From Desulfotignum sp. (lineage in GTDB: Bacteria; Desulfobacterota; Desulfobacteria; Desulfobacterales; Desulfobacteraceae), in NCBI GenBank assembly GCA_034522435.1, contig JAXHLJ010000016.1, positions 72,893 to 136,892 of the forward strand: DNA of 64,000 nucleotides, read 5' to 3'. Each line of letters opens with the position of its first letter. Position 1 is the stretch's first letter. Below, one piece after another: positions 56,860-64,000 of this stretch. Made by a program: the position numbers and the translations under genes. Below the pieces are notes generated by a model that was not told where the DNA came from, ran no database searches, and saw nothing but the letters and a program-made list of their open reading frames with translations.

Positions 56860-57651
56860 TCACTCCCACAGGTGGTCTGGAATGTCACACACCGGAATGG
56901 GGTCCATCTTGTGCCGGTTGGCGGCGTGCAGTTTTTGAAAAAGCGCCAGCACCTGTTTCTGCCGGTCATCCAGCACCTGGGCTTTCTTTTCTTTTTCGGT
57001 CAGGGCGGTATATGTCATGGCCCATTCCAGCTCATCATATTCAGCTCCGAGCTGGCCTTCATCGGTGCGGTTGTCGTCCCACAGCCCGTCCGTGGGCGGG
57101 GCCGTGATGATCTCCGGTACGATTTTCAACTCCCGCCCCAGGGCATACACTTCCGATTTCATCAGGTCGGCGATGGGCGAGATATCCACCCCGCCGTCTC
57201 CGTATTTGGTGAAGAATCCCACCCCGAAATCCTCCACCTTGTTGCCGGTGCCGGTCACCAGGAACCGGTGGTGTCCGGCAAATGCATAAAGAGCAAGCAT
57301 ACGCAGCCGGGACCGGGTATTGGCCAGGGTCAGCCCGTCCTGGATATCTGATGGAAAATGGGTCTGGATACTGGAAAATACGGGCGTCAGATCCAGGTCC
57401 ACCGGCGTGACGCCGGGATACCTGTGTTTGAGCCAGGCATTGTGGGCCGATGCCCGGGACAGCTGATCCGGGGCCTGGCAGATGGGCATGTTCAGGACCA
57501 TGACCGGATGCCCGGTTTCAGCGCACAGGGTGGAGGTGACCGCTGAGTCGATGCCGCCGGACACGCCGACACAAAATCCGGCAAGGCCTGAATTTTTCAG
57601 ATAGGTATCCAGCCAGTTCACAATGTGGGCAATCACTTTCCGGGTCTGCAT
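56860..57651 (-). CDS. nadE: Ammonia-dependent NAD+ synthetase
   Basis: 263 aa. PP-loop GVSGGIDSAV. Confidence 0.9.
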   Translation of the reverse strand: MQTRKVIAHIVNWLDTYLKNSGLAGFCVGVSGGIDSAVTSTLCAETGHPVMVLNMPICQAPDQLSRASAHNAWLKHRYPGVTPVDLDLTPVFSSIQTHFPSDIQDGLTLANTRSRLRMLALYAFAGHHRFLVTGTGNKVEDFGVGFFTKYGDGGVDISPIADLMKSEVYALGRELKIVPEIITAPPTDGLWDDNRTDEGQLGAEYDELEWAMTYTALTEKEKKAQVLDDRQKQVLALFQKLHAANRHKMDPIPVCDIPDHLWE

Positions 57652-57687
57652 GGCGTTTCTCCAGCCAGGTAATTATTATTTTTGTTG

Positions 57688-57717
57688 TTTATACCGGGAT
57701 CTGGAGCGGTTTGTCAA
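57688..57717 (-). promoter_or_regulatory. Candidate sigma-70 promoter for nadE
   Basis: The minus strand reads TTGACA, 18-nt spacer, TATAAA. Confidence 0.4.
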
Positions 57718-57867
57718 TGCCGGTGACGGGCCTGAAGATATGGATTTGCCGTGATTACGGCTTCATCCGCTTGATAGCCTTTATTAGCTCATCCACCATG
57801 GCAGTCTTTTCCAGCACCATTTCGTGTTTTCAAAGGCTTGATTTTTATCTTGACTTAAATTGATTTT

Positions 57868-57902
57868 CTCTGATACAGGGACATGTTGTGTTTGTATCAG
57901 AG
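57868..57902 (+). other. 10-bp perfect stem-loop in the AT-rich mltB leader
   Basis: CTCTGATACA, 15-nt loop, TGTATCAGAG. Confidence 0.6.
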
Positions 57903-58043
57903 GAATAATAATATTGGGGAGGTAAGAAATTTTTGATACTTTGTTTACCAAAAAGCAGGTTCTTGTCCCTCCTATCCTTGAGCCAGTGACCTTGCAGCAG
58001 AAGGAGTATGGTTGGCGGCAGACAATGGCAAACAAGTAGTAAT

Positions 58044-59237
58044 ATGAAAAAGTGTGTGCTCACCATAGTGGGAATCCTGTTCCTGGTCCTGCCGGGGACC
58101 GCCTGGGGGGAAGATTTTCGTCAGTGGCTGGAGGGCTTTTATCCTCGGGTGGCCAACCAAGGGATCAGCCGGGCCACCTGGGAGACCGCCTTTGAGGGCA
58201 TTGATCAACCAGATGCCAGGGTGCTGGAGAAGGCGCGCTTTCAGCCTGAATTTACGGTGGAAATCTGGGATTACCTCGATTCCCGGATCACCCCGTTGAG
58301 TATCGAGCGAGGCCTGCAGATGGCTCACTATTATGCCCAGACGCTTGCGGCGGTAGAGAACCGTTTCGGGGTTGAGGCCAAGGTTTTGCTCGCCATCTGG
58401 TCGATGGAGTCTGCCTACGGGGCAATTTTCGACAAACCCGAGCGCCTGCATTACGTCCCACAGGCCCTCGCGACTTTGGCCTATGCCGACCCGAAACGGG
58501 AAAAGTTTGCTGAAAAACAACTTGTTGCCGTGTTGCAGATTCTCCAGGCCGGCGATGTCGGGCGGCATCACCTGACCGGTTCCTGGGCCGGCGCCATGGG
58601 CCACACCCAATTCATTCCTACCAGTTACCTGGCCTATGCAATAGACATGGACGGCAACGGACGTCGTGATATCTGGAACTCGGTGCCCGACGCCCTGGCC
58701 ACTGCCGCCAACCTTCTTCACAGCAATGGCTGGCAGAGCGGCAAAACCTGGGGGTACGAGGTGATCCTCCCGGCCGGTGGGGAGCGTTGGCTGGACGAAA
58801 CCAGAATTCTCGCCGACTGGCAGAAGGCGGGTTTTTTCCGAACTGGTGGAAGAACCTTCCCCCGCCCGGATGATCGGGCGGTGCTAAAACTTCCGGCAGG
58901 GAAAGAAGGGCCGGCATTTTTGGTGTTGAAGAATTTTTTTGTCCTCAAACGGTACAATAACGCCGATGCCTACGCTCTGGCGGTAGGACTGCTCGCCGAC
59001 CGGCTGGCCGGCAGCAAGGGGCTGGTGCAGCCCTGGCCACGCCCGCCGGGATCCCTGAGCTGGGAGGAAAAGTTCCTCCTTCAGGAGCTGCTCAAGAAAA
59101 AAGGATATTATTCCGGAGAGATTGACGGCCTTATTGGCGAAGCGAGCAGGGCGGCAATCAGAATCTTTCAAGATGAAGTCGGTATGCCGGCAGACGGCAA
59201 GCCTTCGCAGGAGGTGCTTGATGCCCTTCGCCAATAA
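58044..59237 (+). CDS. mltB: Lytic murein transglycosylase (MltB family) with a C-terminal peptidoglycan-binding domain
   Basis: Signal peptide MKKCVLTIVGILFLVLPGTAWG, catalytic region WSMESAYG and GAMGHTQFIPTSY, and C-terminal PG_binding_1-like GYYSGEIDGLIGEASRAAIRIFQ. Confidence 0.85.
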   Translation: MKKCVLTIVGILFLVLPGTAWGEDFRQWLEGFYPRVANQGISRATWETAFEGIDQPDARVLEKARFQPEFTVEIWDYLDSRITPLSIERGLQMAHYYAQTLAAVENRFGVEAKVLLAIWSMESAYGAIFDKPERLHYVPQALATLAYADPKREKFAEKQLVAVLQILQAGDVGRHHLTGSWAGAMGHTQFIPTSYLAYAIDMDGNGRRDIWNSVPDALATAANLLHSNGWQSGKTWGYEVILPAGGERWLDETRILADWQKAGFFRTGGRTFPRPDDRAVLKLPAGKEGPAFLVLKNFFVLKRYNNADAYALAVGLLADRLAGSKGLVQPWPRPPGSLSWEEKFLLQELLKKKGYYSGEIDGLIGEASRAAIRIFQDEVGMPADGKPSQEVLDALRQ

Positions 59238-59281
59238 CCCCTGTCGCCTAAGGTGAAAAAGACCGGGCCTGGCAGATGCCG

Positions 59282-59566
59282 CTAATTTTCTGATCTGACA
59301 CGGATCTGGCGGACATATTCGTACAGAACGATGGAGGCGGCCACACTGACATTGAGGCTGTCGGACCGGCCGTACTGGGGAATGGTCAATCGCTGGAGCC
59401 GGTCGAACAGCTCCGGCTCGAACTGCAGTCCCCGTTCTTCGTGGCCCAGGATAAACGCACTTTTTTCCGGCAGTCGGATATCCATGACCGGCACCCATTT
59501 GCACGCCCCCATGGCCGCGGCCCGTTCCGCTTTCATCATCAGTCTTATTTTATGCGGTCCGGTCAT
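59282..59566 (-). pseudogene. N-terminally truncated SpoU/TrmH-family RNA methyltransferase
   Basis: The 94 aa cover only motifs 2-3 (AFILGHEERGL; IPQYGRSDSLNVSVAASIVLYE). The N-terminal NxGxxxR knot segment is absent. It has its own AGGAG 8 nt upstream of the ATG. Confidence 0.5.
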
Positions 59567-59678
59567 GAATTATCTCCTGATGGGTTCTGTTCTTGATCCC
59601 GGGCAATGGAACCGGTACAATGATTGACTGTATGAACATGGAACCATCTCAATATCTGATTCAGCAACAGGAGGAGCG

Positions 59679-59978
59679 ATGAACGTTATCATTGATCTGT
59701 GTGTGGTGCCCCTGGGTGTGGGTTTGTCGGTATCCGAATATGTGGCCGCCTGTCATGAGATCATCGAGCAGGCCGGCCTGTCCTGTGAGCTGCATGCCTA
59801 CGGCACCAACATCGAAGGGGAGTGGGATGACGTGTTTGCCGTGGTAAAGCAGTGTCATGAAAGAATTCATGCCATGGGTGCCCCGCGTATCACCACCACG
59901 ATCAAGGCCGGCACCCGCACGGACCGGGATCAGACCATGGCGGACAAGGTCAAGAGCGTGAAAGAAAAACTGGCATAG
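59679..59978 (+). CDS. MTH1187/YkoF family (UPF0045) thiamine-binding-like protein
   Basis: 99 aa. VIPLG-type N-terminus CVVPLGVGLSVSEYVA and GTNIEGEWDDV. Confidence 0.75.
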   Translation: MNVIIDLCVVPLGVGLSVSEYVAACHEIIEQAGLSCELHAYGTNIEGEWDDVFAVVKQCHERIHAMGAPRITTTIKAGTRTDRDQTMADKVKSVKEKLA

Positions 59979-59979
59979 G

Positions 59980-60876
59980 TCAGACCGGTTCATTGGCTTT
60001 GAGCACCGCAAGCATGTCATCGATCTTTTCCTGAGCCCCGGCAGCGTCCAGGGTGCAGCCGCCGGCACCTTTATGGCCTCCGCCGCCGTACCGGGCCAGC
60101 AGATGGCCGGCATTGACCTGGCAGCCGCGGTTGAAGATGTTGTGACCGATGCTCACCAGCACATGGGTTTTTTGGGCATCCCTGTAACGGATCTTGACAC
60201 TGGCCAGGGTGTCGGGAAACAGGCAGTAAGGCAGGAACCGGTTGCCCGACGGCACCGGGTCCAGATTTCTGAAATCGGTGACACTGACAGGACCGGCAAC
60301 GTGGGTATATGTCTTCAGATAGCCTTCATAGTCCCGGTTCTGACGGATGACTTCCTCACACCGGGTATTGACATCCGGGTCCGCCGTTACAGCATCCATG
60401 GACCGGGTCCGGAGCAGGTCCACCAGGCGATCCCAGTAGGGGGCCTCTTTGCCGTCCCGGTTCTGGATGGTCATGGAGACCAGGATATGGGGATATTTTT
60501 CCGGGTGCAGGACCTGGTCCATTGTGAGATCCGCGGCATCGATGATATCCGTATGAAAGACCAGGTCATCGAACCGCTCATCCAGGTGGCCGGATGTTTT
60601 GTAGTGCTGATGGATCACACCGGCGGCGGACGGGGCCACGGCAAAGGCCCCCTCAAAGGCATGATCGGGCCGGTTGGATACATGATGGTCAAACCACAGG
60701 GAACACCGGGGGTCATAGGGCAGGTTGGCAAGGATGTCGCCGGTCTGTATCAGTGCGGTTTTCTGCTGTACCTCGCCGGGCTCCACCCAGTAAACAGGGG
60801 TGTCGATGTCCAGGGCTTCGCGCAGCAGGACGGCACACACAATGCCGTCAAAATCGGGGCGTGTGACGATTCTCAT
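59980..60876 (-). CDS. DHH-family phosphoesterase
   Basis: 298 aa from MRIVTRPDFDG. DHH motif WFDHHVSN and DHHA1-type GGGGHKGAGG near the C-terminus. Confidence 0.7.
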   Translation of the reverse strand: MRIVTRPDFDGIVCAVLLREALDIDTPVYWVEPGEVQQKTALIQTGDILANLPYDPRCSLWFDHHVSNRPDHAFEGAFAVAPSAAGVIHQHYKTSGHLDERFDDLVFHTDIIDAADLTMDQVLHPEKYPHILVSMTIQNRDGKEAPYWDRLVDLLRTRSMDAVTADPDVNTRCEEVIRQNRDYEGYLKTYTHVAGPVSVTDFRNLDPVPSGNRFLPYCLFPDTLASVKIRYRDAQKTHVLVSIGHNIFNRGCQVNAGHLLARYGGGGHKGAGGCTLDAAGAQEKIDDMLAVLKANEPV

Positions 60877-60975
60877 GAATAAATTCCGATCAAGGTGAAA
60901 TGGGTTGCATGGATATGATTCATAATAGGAGAATGTATAGAATAAACCGGCCATCTTTTCAAGGCAGATACACCG

Positions 60976-61608
60976 ATGACAGATGAAAAACCGTTTTTTT
61001 CGATTGCCGCCGCACCGGAAAACAGCCCTGTCATGGCCCGGCTGAAGATCCGGCGGTCCGAATTCACCTGCCGCCTGGCAAGGGCCGATTCCATCGAGGC
61101 GGCCAAGGCGTTTATCTCAACAATCAGCAAAGAGAACAAAACCGCCACCCACAACTGCTGGGCCTATATTGTGGGCGATGACGGCCGGATCTGCCACAGT
61201 TCGGATGCGGGGGAACCTTCGGGCACCGCCGGAAAACCCATGCTCAATGTGCTGACCTCTCACCACATGACCCGGGTGGCCGTGGTGGTGACCCGGCAGT
61301 ACGGCGGGGTGAAGCTGGGGGTCCGGGGACTGATCCGGGCTTATTCCGAAGCCGTGGAAGCTGCCCTGGCCGCGGCGAAAAAAGTCCGGCTGATCCAGGC
61401 GGACCCGGTGAGCATCCAGGTGCCCTATGAATGCAATGACCATCTTTTAAACCAGGTCCGCCGGTTCAATGCCGGGATTCAGCATACCGATTACAAGGAA
61501 CACATCATCCACGACATCCTGGTGGAAAAACACCAGGCTTCCGATTTCATGCGGATGCTGTCACAGTTCGAATCCCAGGGGCTGAAAGTGGTGTCAAAAT
61601 CTGTTTGA
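60976..61608 (+). CDS. yigZ: YigZ/IMPACT family protein (UPF0029)
   Basis: 210 aa. ATHNCWAY, DAGEPSGTAGKPML and VVTRQYGGVKLG. Confidence 0.85.
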   Translation: MTDEKPFFSIAAAPENSPVMARLKIRRSEFTCRLARADSIEAAKAFISTISKENKTATHNCWAYIVGDDGRICHSSDAGEPSGTAGKPMLNVLTSHHMTRVAVVVTRQYGGVKLGVRGLIRAYSEAVEAALAAAKKVRLIQADPVSIQVPYECNDHLLNQVRRFNAGIQHTDYKEHIIHDILVEKHQASDFMRMLSQFESQGLKVVSKSV

Positions 61609-61686
61609 CAGGGGTAGTTTTTTAGTATAATTTAAAAAACCTTAATTATACTGAATATTGACCTATTTCATCTGACACACGGCATT

Positions 61687-62271
61687 ATGAAAACAAAACT
61701 GGGCGCGTTGTTACGGGCCATTCGAAACACCCGGAATTTTACCATCAAGGATGTGGCAGCCAAGGCCGGCATCAGTTCCAGCCTGCTGTCTCAGATCGAA
61801 CGCAACCGGATTTCCCCCTCCCTGGAGACGCTGCTCCAGGTGCTGGACGTCTACGGGGTATCCCCGGACAAGTTTTTCAAAGACTATGAAACCCAGTCCC
61901 AGGTGGAGATCATCCGGAAAGATCAGCGGAAAACCTACAAACGCAAAGGGTTTTCCTATGAAAAACTGTGCGGCGAAAGCCAGACCAGAGGCAACCACTC
62001 TTTTAACGCGTTTTTTCTGGAACTGGCCCCGGGTCAGGAGCGGGGAGATGCCGAGGACGGCCACCTGGGCCGGGAACTGGGCATTGTGGTGGCCGGAACG
62101 GCCCAGCTGATCTACGGGGATGAACACCATCAGATCGAGGCCGGGGATTCGGTATCTTTCTTTTCCCAGATCCCCCATCTGATCCGAAACACCTCCGATA
62201 CCCTGTTCCAGGCCTACTGGGTGGTGACCCCGGCGGATGGTGAGGATTATTTTGGTGAAAAAACCGCCTGA
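61687..62271 (+). CDS. XRE-family HTH regulator with a C-terminal cupin domain
   Basis: 194 aa. HTH FTIKDVAAKAGISSSLLSQIERNRISPSLETL and a cupin segment GDSVSFFSQIPHLIRN. Confidence 0.85.
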   Translation: MKTKLGALLRAIRNTRNFTIKDVAAKAGISSSLLSQIERNRISPSLETLLQVLDVYGVSPDKFFKDYETQSQVEIIRKDQRKTYKRKGFSYEKLCGESQTRGNHSFNAFFLELAPGQERGDAEDGHLGRELGIVVAGTAQLIYGDEHHQIEAGDSVSFFSQIPHLIRNTSDTLFQAYWVVTPADGEDYFGEKTA

Positions 62272-62279
62272 CTCAGGAG

Positions 62280-63578
62280 ATGTCCATGGGAAAAACCATT
62301 GCAGAAAAAATTTTCGACGATCACCGGGTGGACCAGCCGTTTGACGGCGTGAATGTGTTGCGCCTGGACCGGGTGTTCTGTCATGAGATCACCACCCCTA
62401 CCGCCATTCAGGATCTGGTGGCCCGGGGCAAGGACCGGGTGTTTGACCCGGGCAGCATCAAGGCGGTCATCGACCATGTGACCCCGGCCAAAGACTCGAA
62501 AACCGCGCTTCAGGGAAAAATCCTGCGGGACTGGGCCCGGCGCCACGGCATCATTGATTTCTTTGACATCGGCCGCAACGGGGTCTGTCATGCCCTGTTC
62601 CCGGAAAAAGGATTTGTGCGCCCCGGGTTTGTCATCATTATGGGAGATTCCCACACATGCACCCACGGGGCCTTTGGGGCCTTTGCCGCCGGTGTGGGCA
62701 CCACCGACCTGGAGGTGGGCATTTTAAAAGGGGTGTGCGCCTTTAAACAGCCGGACACGCTCAAGATAGAGATCACCGGAACGCTGCGGCCCGGGGTGTT
62801 TGCCAAGGACGTGGTCCTGGAAGTGATCCGGCGGGTTACCGTGAACGGGGCCACCAACCAGGTGATCGAGTTCTGCGGTCCGGTGGTGGATGCCATGTCC
62901 ATGGAAGCCCGCATGACCCTGTCCAACATGGCTGTGGAGGCCGGTGCCACTTCGGGCATCTGCCGGCCGGATGCCGTGACCGTGGCATATCTGTGGCCCT
63001 TTATCAAAGATGATTACAAGGATCACAAAGCAGCCCTGGCCGATTTTTCACGGTATCTGCCCGATGAAGATGCCGTGTATGCCGATCATGAGATCATCGA
63101 TGTCACGGATCTGGTTCCGCTGGCCACGTTCGGGTACAAGCCGGACCATGTCAAACCGGTGTCAGACATGGCCGGCACCCCGGTGGATCAGGTCTATATC
63201 GGGTCCTGTACCAACGGCCGTATTCAGGATCTGCGCGTGGCGGCACAGGTGGTGACGGGGAAAAAAATAGCGGATTCCGTCCGGGCCATTGTGTCTCCGG
63301 CCACGCCGGATGTGTTTTCCCAGGCCATGGAAGAGGGATTGATCAAAATATTCATGGATGCGGGATTCTGCGTCACCAATCCCACCTGCGGGGCCTGTCT
63401 GGGGATGAGCAACGGGGTCCTGGCATCCGGCGAGGTGGCCGCCGCCACCACCAACCGTAATTTTAACGGCCGCATGGGCAAAGGCGGCATGGTGCATCTC
63501 ATGAGTCCGGCCACGGCCGCGGCCACGGCCCTGACCGGCACCATTGCCAATTCATCTTTGTTTTCCGATCCGGCGTAG
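62280..63578 (+). CDS. leuC: 3-isopropylmalate/homoaconitate dehydratase large subunit (short, archaeal-type aconitase-family enzyme)
   Basis: 432 aa. Fe-S ligand contexts MGDSHTCTHG, GSCTNGR and CGACLGM. The start may be the ATG at 62286. Confidence 0.85.
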   Translation: MSMGKTIAEKIFDDHRVDQPFDGVNVLRLDRVFCHEITTPTAIQDLVARGKDRVFDPGSIKAVIDHVTPAKDSKTALQGKILRDWARRHGIIDFFDIGRNGVCHALFPEKGFVRPGFVIIMGDSHTCTHGAFGAFAAGVGTTDLEVGILKGVCAFKQPDTLKIEITGTLRPGVFAKDVVLEVIRRVTVNGATNQVIEFCGPVVDAMSMEARMTLSNMAVEAGATSGICRPDAVTVAYLWPFIKDDYKDHKAALADFSRYLPDEDAVYADHEIIDVTDLVPLATFGYKPDHVKPVSDMAGTPVDQVYIGSCTNGRIQDLRVAAQVVTGKKIADSVRAIVSPATPDVFSQAMEEGLIKIFMDAGFCVTNPTCGACLGMSNGVLASGEVAAATTNRNFNGRMGKGGMVHLMSPATAAATALTGTIANSSLFSDPA

Positions 63579-63600
63579 ACGAATTTATCAGGAGCATGTC

Positions 63601-64000
63601 ATGACCACATTTTCCGGAACCGCCCTGTGTCTGGACCGGGCAGACATCAACACCGACGAAATCATTCCGGCAAGGTATCTGACGGAAATCGACAAGAGCG
63701 CCCTGGGACCGCATCTTATGGAAGACCTGGAACTGGAAGGCTTTGACCCGCAAACAGATCTGGCCGGCATCGAGGTGCTGGTGACAAGAGAAAATTTCGG
63801 GTGCGGTTCCTCCCGGGAACACGCCCCCTGGGCCCTGGAAGCCAACGGCATCCGTGTGGTCATCGCCCCAAGTTTTGCCAGAATTTTTTATCAGAACATG
63901 TTCAACTGCGGCATGCTGGCCATCACCCTGGACAGGACGCAGATCGACCGCCTGTTTGAAGCGGCTGCCGCAAACGCGCTGCATATATCCGCAGATGTGG
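63601..64000 (+). CDS. leuD: 3-isopropylmalate/homoaconitate dehydratase small subunit, 3' end cut by the window edge
   Basis: My own translation from the ATG at 63601 reads MTTFSGTALCLDRADINTDEIIPARYL...ENFGCGSSREHAPWAL...APSFARIFYQN. The frame is open to the window end. Confidence 0.85.
   Translation, partial: MTTFSGTALCLDRADINTDEIIPARYLTEIDKSALGPHLMEDLELEGFDPQTDLAGIEVLVTRENFGCGSSREHAPWALEANGIRVVIAPSFARIFYQNMFNCGMLAITLDRTQIDRLFEAAAANALHISADV

Noticed and set aside
59567-59678. A possible TPP riboswitch upstream of the MTH1187/YkoF-like thiamine-binding gene. I also considered an M-box upstream of corA (41513-41713).
   Set aside because: I found neither the conserved CUGAGA / ACCUGAUCUGGAUAAUGCCAGCG-type TPP elements nor M-box-like conserved helices by eye. 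A covariance-model scan would be needed to exclude them formally.
1-64000. A search for CRISPR arrays, tRNA/rRNA genes, IS elements, integrases, toxin-antitoxin pairs or recognisable phage-defence genes.
   Set aside because: I saw no regularly spaced repeats beyond the two- to three-unit tandems listed, no cloverleaf-like or rRNA-like segments in the intergenic regions, and no transposase, integrase or defence-type domains in any of the six frames.

Overview
This is a bacterial chromosomal window. It is mostly GC-rich and densely coding, and about 60 genes can be supported from sequence. No rRNA, tRNA, CRISPR array, transposase or integrase was recognised.

Gene content from left to right:
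- uvrA (5' end cut by the window edge), aspartate kinase, and a beta-oxidation pair (thiolase plus a fused 3-hydroxyacyl-CoA dehydrogenase/enoyl-CoA hydratase).
- A visibly AT-rich ~6.4 kb block flanked by ~125-bp direct repeats. It carries a polar amino acid/opine-type ABC importer, a secreted FGE-sulfatase-domain protein, an Lrp regulator and an opine-dehydrogenase-fold enzyme.
- A prenyltransferase-like toroid protein with a hexapeptide acyltransferase, then a sensor histidine kinase with no response regulator nearby.
- A translationally coupled pair of an uncharacterised membrane protein and a P-loop GTPase, followed by an OYE/Fe-S flavoprotein.
- A GntR regulator, a family-5 (peptide/nickel/opine) ABC operon and a CocE/NonD hydrolase.
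- amt with a clear -24/-12 promoter, an MFS transporter and an acyl-CoA synthetase.
- phnDCEE, a HAD-IIA hydrolase, corA and glpK.
- An rpiR-tauE-proX block placed divergently from a soxBDAG-like cluster, which is followed by another flavoprotein, etfBA and a sigma-54 activator.
- nadE, mltB and small housekeeping genes, ending in leuCD (3' end cut by the window edge).

Main observations:
- The repeat-bracketed AT-rich island.
- The membrane protein/GTPase module.
- The ETF-linked sarcosine-oxidase-like cluster.
- A shared ATGAAT-N4-ATTCAT operator-like palindrome.
- An unusually high number of gene-inactivating lesions: one in-frame stop, three +1 frameshifts and two truncated relics.

Functional calls rest on motif recognition and recalled family knowledge, not on database searches. 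The taxon cannot be established from the window alone. Percent-identity and GC statements are hand estimates.
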